Translations under genes and position numbers: made by a program
Shown here: piece by piece, positions 35,428 to 40,830 of the stretch
How the letters are laid out: each line of letters opens with the position of its first letter
How positions within the stretch are numbered: position 1 is the first letter of the stretch
Source: Callorhinchus milii
Lineage: Eukaryota
Length of the DNA: 40,830 nucleotides
NCBI RefSeq assembly: GCF_018977255.1
Contig: NW_024705482.1
Location: 1 to 40,830 of the forward strand
Direction: 5' to 3'
Notes under the pieces: model-generated
Told to the model about the DNA's origin: nothing
What the model saw: the letters and a program-made list of their open reading frames with translations, nothing else
Database searches by the model: none

Positions 35428-35690
35428 CTCAAATTGTAAATGTTGTGGCTTCAACAAACCGGTGGGCTAAAGCAGTGAACTATTGTCTTGTCAACGTGAC
35501 ACATTTTTACTGATTGGCCGCGTCGGGTGGTGGAGGGTTACGACACATTTATAAATAAACGCGATCTAAAACCCAAAAACGTTGATTATGAATACATAGA
35601 TCATAGCAGAATGCACAAAAGCTATGCCACCCCTTCCTAACACCCAGACACGCACACTCACCAATGTGCAAATACAGTATACATTACGTG

Positions 35691-36072
35691 TGTAGTGACA
35701 TTGAATGAGTCACTGTAGCGTGTGCCGCTGGGAGATTGGTAGACAATGGGATTGGGGTAGCAGCCTGTTCTACAATTTGGACCTGTGGGCGAAGCACGGA
35801 GCCTTCTGGGGGATCCAGAGGGGTGCGGGGCCGAGGGTGGAACCTGGCCACGCTGGGGAGGATAAAAGGTGAGCTCTGACTTACAGTCCAGGCTGCTGCA
35901 TCTGGAGCGGAACTCGTCATGCTGCCATCGTTGTGGTCTTTGCCTCTTCAAGCTGTGGGTCTGGAAGCGTGTTGGCTGTCCTGACCCGGTATGTAGTTAC
36001 CCCTATGGCTGTGAAGGCCGGAATAAACAAGAGAGAGTGCCTCCTACTAGTGTATCTGAATTAATCACGACA
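35691..36072 (+). mobile_element. Probable solo LTR of an unrelated family
   Basis: TGTAGTGA...TCACGACA termini, GATAAAA and AATAAA (~36022) inside, imperfect flanks CGTG / GGTG, GC-rich relative to surroundings. Confidence 0.45.
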
Positions 36073-36989
36073 GGTGTATGAAATCTGAAGGGACAATTCA
36101 GCATAATTATGCTTTCCCTCCCTTTTAAAGTTGACAGTTATTGCATCTGTTACTGCTTTTGGAATGTCGAGCACCTATTTAACTAAACTCATGGGAACTA
36201 CAAAGTTCCTGTATGAATTATTTACCCTTTCATAATAAATGCAGATATGAAAATGAGCATTGCACAGTGATAATTGATGTTGGTGCCCCATAATCAGGTG
36301 GAGACAATTCCATATTCCTATGGTGGGTACAAGGCTATTCATATGACATTCACAAAGTGGTACCTCATTAATTCCCCCAACGGTAAGATGGGGTTGATTG
36401 GAATCTCTGATCGTGATTTGAATTCCAAGATTTTGATAGGGAGCTGATTGCTATAAATACAGTGCCATTCAGCTGCTATTTACGTTCATACGTGTGAAAG
36501 TTGCATTAAGCGTAGTGGTGTTCTGGTGCTATTGTGGAATCAATTTTCAGCCTTTATCAATGTTAATCCCCCATTTTATTGAGGGACCGCGTGTTATCTT
36601 TGCTGTAGTCTGGAATTGATTTTTTACTGCCTTGCCCAAGCTTGATAAATCGTACTTATATAAAAAAGTCATAATTTATTATGTATTTATATTTATGTGA
36701 AGAAAGCTTAATAGCTAATCGGATTCCTCCTGCAGTCTCAATACTAATTCTGATTCTGAGATTATTACGTTTATCTGTGTGGCTGTCCGTAGACCAATGA
36801 GATAATAATATATAATTTGCCACCACTTCTGGATTGTGCTCTCTCTATGCACAGACGTCCGCAGATGTTCGGTTTGCACATGGCTCTTTCTTAAGATTAA
36901 TTATGGTGACGTTTATCCTGCTGGTAACTGTGAATTCAAGGCATTGTTCATTTTGAGTGACTCATCTTTTCCTAAAACACGTGGAAGCA

Positions 36990-37790
36990 ATTTAATAATA
37001 TCGTGCACACTGACTTGCAATACAAAGGTGGACGGTTCGATCTTTCCAGTGCGAAAGTTGAAACAATTTAAACGTTTTCCAAATTCTCTGTTCACCCACC
37101 AGTATGCATTGGTACACGCCGCTGTTTGTCAATTGGCAGGTCGTGTGGTAGTAGGGTCAAGTAAGGGCAGTACCACCTAGAGGTCTGGCCTGCATAGAAG
37201 AGTAGGCCAAATACCTTCTAGAAGTGCACTCACGAGGTCCCCCTCATACAGTGTTCTCAACCGGTTGGTATGCGGGCCTGGTGCTATGTGGCACGTCCCA
37301 GGGGGTTACGTGAGGTGATTTATAAATGTGTGAACATATATTATACATGAGAGTCATTGGTGAATAATCACGTATGAATCTACCAATATAAAATAACTAC
37401 GATAAAATGTAAAACCACATGGTAACCTAATAACGATATAAACATCTTTCTAAATGCATTGACCGTAAAAATGTGGTTTCAAAGAGTAACCAGCGAGCCC
37501 AGACAAATTACATCACGTATGCAGAGGCGTCCGTTGAATAACTTTTTTTATCTGCTTGCAGTAACCCGCTAGTTAGGATATACCTCACAAAATGGACATT
37601 TGCTTAAAATATGAATGCTCATTATTCACACATGTATAGCTCAGAACCATGTTGCGTCAGGCAAGGGGGGTACTCAGTTGAAACTAAAATTCAGCAAGGG
37701 GGTACAGTAGCCAAACAAGGTTTAGAACCACTGCCCTAGTAAAGCAAGCAAGTGTAGGGCTGCACTTTGACATTTCACCTTGTGTTGTGA
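36990..37790 (+). mobile_element. Old tRNA-derived SINE, copy 3, split by a hAT MITE
   Basis: GGTTCGATC B box, CACCCACCAGTATGCATTGGTAC core and CATAGAAGAGT block align with 24251-24600; similarity resumes after 37741. Confidence 0.55.
37249..37733. mobile_element. Non-autonomous hAT/Charlie element
   Basis: TIRs CAGTGTTCTCAACC / GGTTTAGAACCACTG; 8-bp flanks CCCTCATA / CCCTAGTA (6 of 8 match). Confidence 0.7.
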
Positions 37791-38527
37791 TCTGGAAGAC
37801 CAAATGACTCGTGCACGGGCTAAGGAACCATTTCCTGTCACTTCGGGTTCACTCCTCTTATTCATGAATAGGCACAGATTTTCGGAAGAAAATATACATA
37901 GATAGGAGGACATTTCACAAGTTGTTTCGAGTCATGCACATTGAATGAAATTGGAATAAATAAGAAGTGATAATAGAAGAGTGATAAGACTAGTTTCACT
38001 GTAATATATGCATTATTGTCTTATCCATTAGCGTATGAGAAATATGGTTCTGCATTTCCATGCCAATGATCCGCTCTGTAACAATGCCAACAACGACAGC
38101 ACTCTTCAGCATGCTGACAATTTGATGCATTTGCCATTAGCCTGGATGTACCAGCCTCGAAAATCAATGGGGATGAAATGGCTAAGTAGAATCCTTGCAG
38201 TCCGCCCGAGCCATCTGGAGCTGGCAATGATGTCAATTGTGTTTATTACTTCGTGGCAGCTCTTTGCGGTCTCCACACTTTTCTGCAGGATCTTCCTAGA
38301 CAAATGCATGGATGTGGATAGATTCTCAGCTGTGGCTTGGTCAAAAGCCCCTCAGACCTGACTCACGGCTTAGCGTTCCCATGGGAGAGGACCTTGTGAT
38401 ATGAGCTGTCCCCATGAAGGATTTACCACTAAATTGTTACAACATTTGTGTAACATGAACCATTGTTACCCAAGATAGGTATGTATGTGTCGTTGTGCAC
38501 ATGTACTTTTGCATGTGTGTGTATGCA

Positions 38528-40830
38528 TGTTAGTAAGTTCGAGGAGACGAGGTCGGAGTTGAGGCACACTCTGTTTATTAACTCAGGACAGGCACAATAG
38601 TTGAAGGGGTAACGGCCCCTTCACCCGTACTATGGGAAACCCACCCTAGTACTAAGCCCTCTGTCCTGTTCCCCAGTCCTCCTCTACTGGGCTACGGGAG
38701 GCTGACTGATCTGGCCCTGGCAAGCACAGATCTCGGCACCAGCTAAGCCGGCCTTGCCCTGACAAGGGCAGAGGTCCGGGAGCTCTTGGGCCGCGCCGCT
38801 GGCTTACCCAGCTCGGCCCTGACAAGGGCAGCGAGACCGGGGAGTCCCAGGGCCTAATCTCCGAGTCTTCGATCTTCACTGGTCAGCTTCGTGTCGAACT
38901 GCCTCGAGCTCTCTGGCTCCCCCTTTTATAGGGATCCCCTCCGAGGGCTGGGGGCATGGGATGCGGACGTCGGTGTGACCACCCGTGTGTGTGAGTGCAG
39001 ACACCCCTGTGTTTGTTCCGCCGTTTCTCCCGTAATAACCCCTACATCACCCCCCCCTGTACAGCTCGCAGCCGTCCCGGCTGCAACAATCCCTCAACCC
39101 CAAGAATAAAGATTAACACAGTCAACACGCGTGTGCCTCGTAACAGTAACAATAACAAGAACAAGTGTAACAACAACCGATGGTCCCCTATAAACCCCCT
39201 CCCCAAAATGCAACATATATACAGAACGTGGTTCCCCATCCCCACGCACAAAGAAGCATCCATACACACACACACAAAAAAATGAGCGAGTCCAGCAGCA
39301 CGGAACACGCGCGGAAAGCTACTCATAACAACCGGCGCGTTTTGGCGCGTGTCCGTGCAGCGGGCCCGTCACAAGGGCCGGCTTGGTAGAGTCGGCGGCA
39401 GGTGTCGCATTGCAGGTGCCTGGTCGTCCGGCTTCCCGGACGTGCCAGCGCCGACCCCCTCGGGGGAGGCTGGCAGCCAAGAGGGCTTCAGTCCTTGGGC
39501 TCCTGAAGACGGGACAGTTATTAGCGGATCAGAGGCTGACGGCGACCCCGCCCTCCAGGAGTCAGTGGACCCCCACATGTTCGGCCATTTTCATGAGAGG
39601 AAGCGTGCGGAGCAAAAAATGGCTTTAACCGTGAAGGGTGCACAAACCACCGACGCTTCCCCCATTTAATGCGCACACATTGAGGCCGCATAACCTGCAC
39701 AATTTCTACGGGGCCCCTCCATGGTCGCAACAACTTAGCCGAGGTGGCCAATGGCACCTGGGGGCAGTGCAACCATGCTCTGTCGCCCGGGTGCCATTCG
39801 TGCGTGTGTGACCGGCGCGATCGCAATCTCTCGTTTGTTTCTGGCGAGAGTCAGAGTTTTGCATGGCCGCCTGCCGTGCCTCCGCCAACCGAAGGATGTT
39901 AAATTTAACATGGTCCGCAGTTTGGACTTAGCATGAGGCGCGGCAATCGTCAGCTGAGTCGCGACAGGCGGGTCAACCTCGCGGCCATACATAAAAAAAA
40001 TGGCGAGAATCCGGTCGCCGCGTGAGGAGCCATCCTGTATGCTGCCAGGACTCCCCCGATCCGTAGATCCCAATCGGTTTGGGACTCAGATACCTGGTGG
40101 GATAGCATGGACGTAAGAGTCCTATGCAGGCGTTCCACCATCCCATCCGTTTGTGGATGGTAAGGCGAGGTACGAATTTTTTTACCCAGAAGGCCACATA
40201 CCTCGTGTAAAAGGGTACTAGTGAAATTCTTTCCCTGATCGGTCAACAACCGTTCCGGAGCGCCCTTGTCGAGGACGTAGCCCTGAACAAAAGCCTCCGC
40301 AACGGCTGCTGCGGACTGGTTGGCGAGGGGCCAAGCCATAGGCCATCGCGTGAAATATTCCACGCCAACCAGCAGGTACTTATTACCCCTCGGCGTGGAA
40401 GGAAACGGTCCCAAAATATCAAGGGCGACAAGCTCATTAACCCGGGTGACCGAAATAGACTGGAGCGGTGGACTGGCTCCCTTCGCTGGCGGCTTCCGTT
40501 GTGCACACTGGGTACAGGACTGCAGCAGATCGTCCACGTCTCTTGCCATGCCCGGCCAAAAGTAATTAAGCTGGAGCATGGCAAGTGTTTTGAGGGTACC
40601 CAGGTGCAGGAGCCGTTCATGAGCAGCCCATACAGCCCTACCCCTCAACGTGGAAGGCACCACCAGCCTGTGACGGCGGATCGTCCCGTCCCAATGCATG
40701 AGGAGGCCCTGGCACAACCCCCATGAGTCAACGCCCGACTTCCCTGACCGGATCCTTCCGCGCGACGCCGTAGCGCCAGGAGGGTCGCATCCTCCATTTG
40801 GAGGCGCCCCACTCAGCACTTGACAAGCCT
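38528..40830 (-). mobile_element. 3' part of Gypsy LTR retrotransposon 2 (runs off the window)
   Basis: 3' LTR 38528-39046, PPT 39047-39057, integrase homologous to that of Gypsy 1. Confidence 0.93.
39369..40830 (-). pseudogene. Gypsy integrase region, frameshifted
   Basis: HERLLHLG...CTQC, LDILGP, TDQGKNF, GMVERLHRT, RPWRGPVEI; several frameshifts in homopolymer runs. Confidence 0.92.

Larger units (their letters stand above)
34139..35591. mobile_element. Penelope-like family B, 1.4-kb palindromic insertion
   Basis: Arms of ~710 bp inverted about 34881/34882 with essentially no spacer; ~33-nt unpaired tail at left; 13-bp TSD ATACATAGATCAT (34126-34138, 35592-35604); GIY-YIG C-terminus and hammerhead in each arm. 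Confidence 0.92.

Overview
Repeat-dense eukaryotic genomic DNA, probably vertebrate (V-SINE-like element, pancreatic-elastase-type exon structure); a jawless fish such as hagfish is a guess from the AT-rich background, not established. Most ORFs in the supplied track are spurious. The host genes are five short minus-strand exons absent from the ORF track, belonging to two tandem elastase/chymotrypsin-like (CELA-type) genes, each with a lost catalytic residue: TAAHC is TSGSC (His57) in one and GDSGGP is RDWGGP (Ser195) in the other. The rest is mobile DNA: a near-complete Gypsy LTR retrotransposon (13126-21532) with divergent LTRs and non-matching flanks, the 3' part of a second Gypsy, solo LTRs, a complete hAT/Charlie transposon resembling the horizontally transferred OC1 family, a decayed LINE, a DINE-1/HINE-like element, MITEs and SINEs. 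At least ten fold-back insertions of Penelope-like element ends occur, several with minimal hammerhead ribozymes, a ~33-nt unpaired tail and 12-13 bp target-site duplications, including a 1.4-kb near-perfect palindrome. Many isolated 1-bp indels suggest uncorrected assembly errors, so frameshifts should be read with caution.
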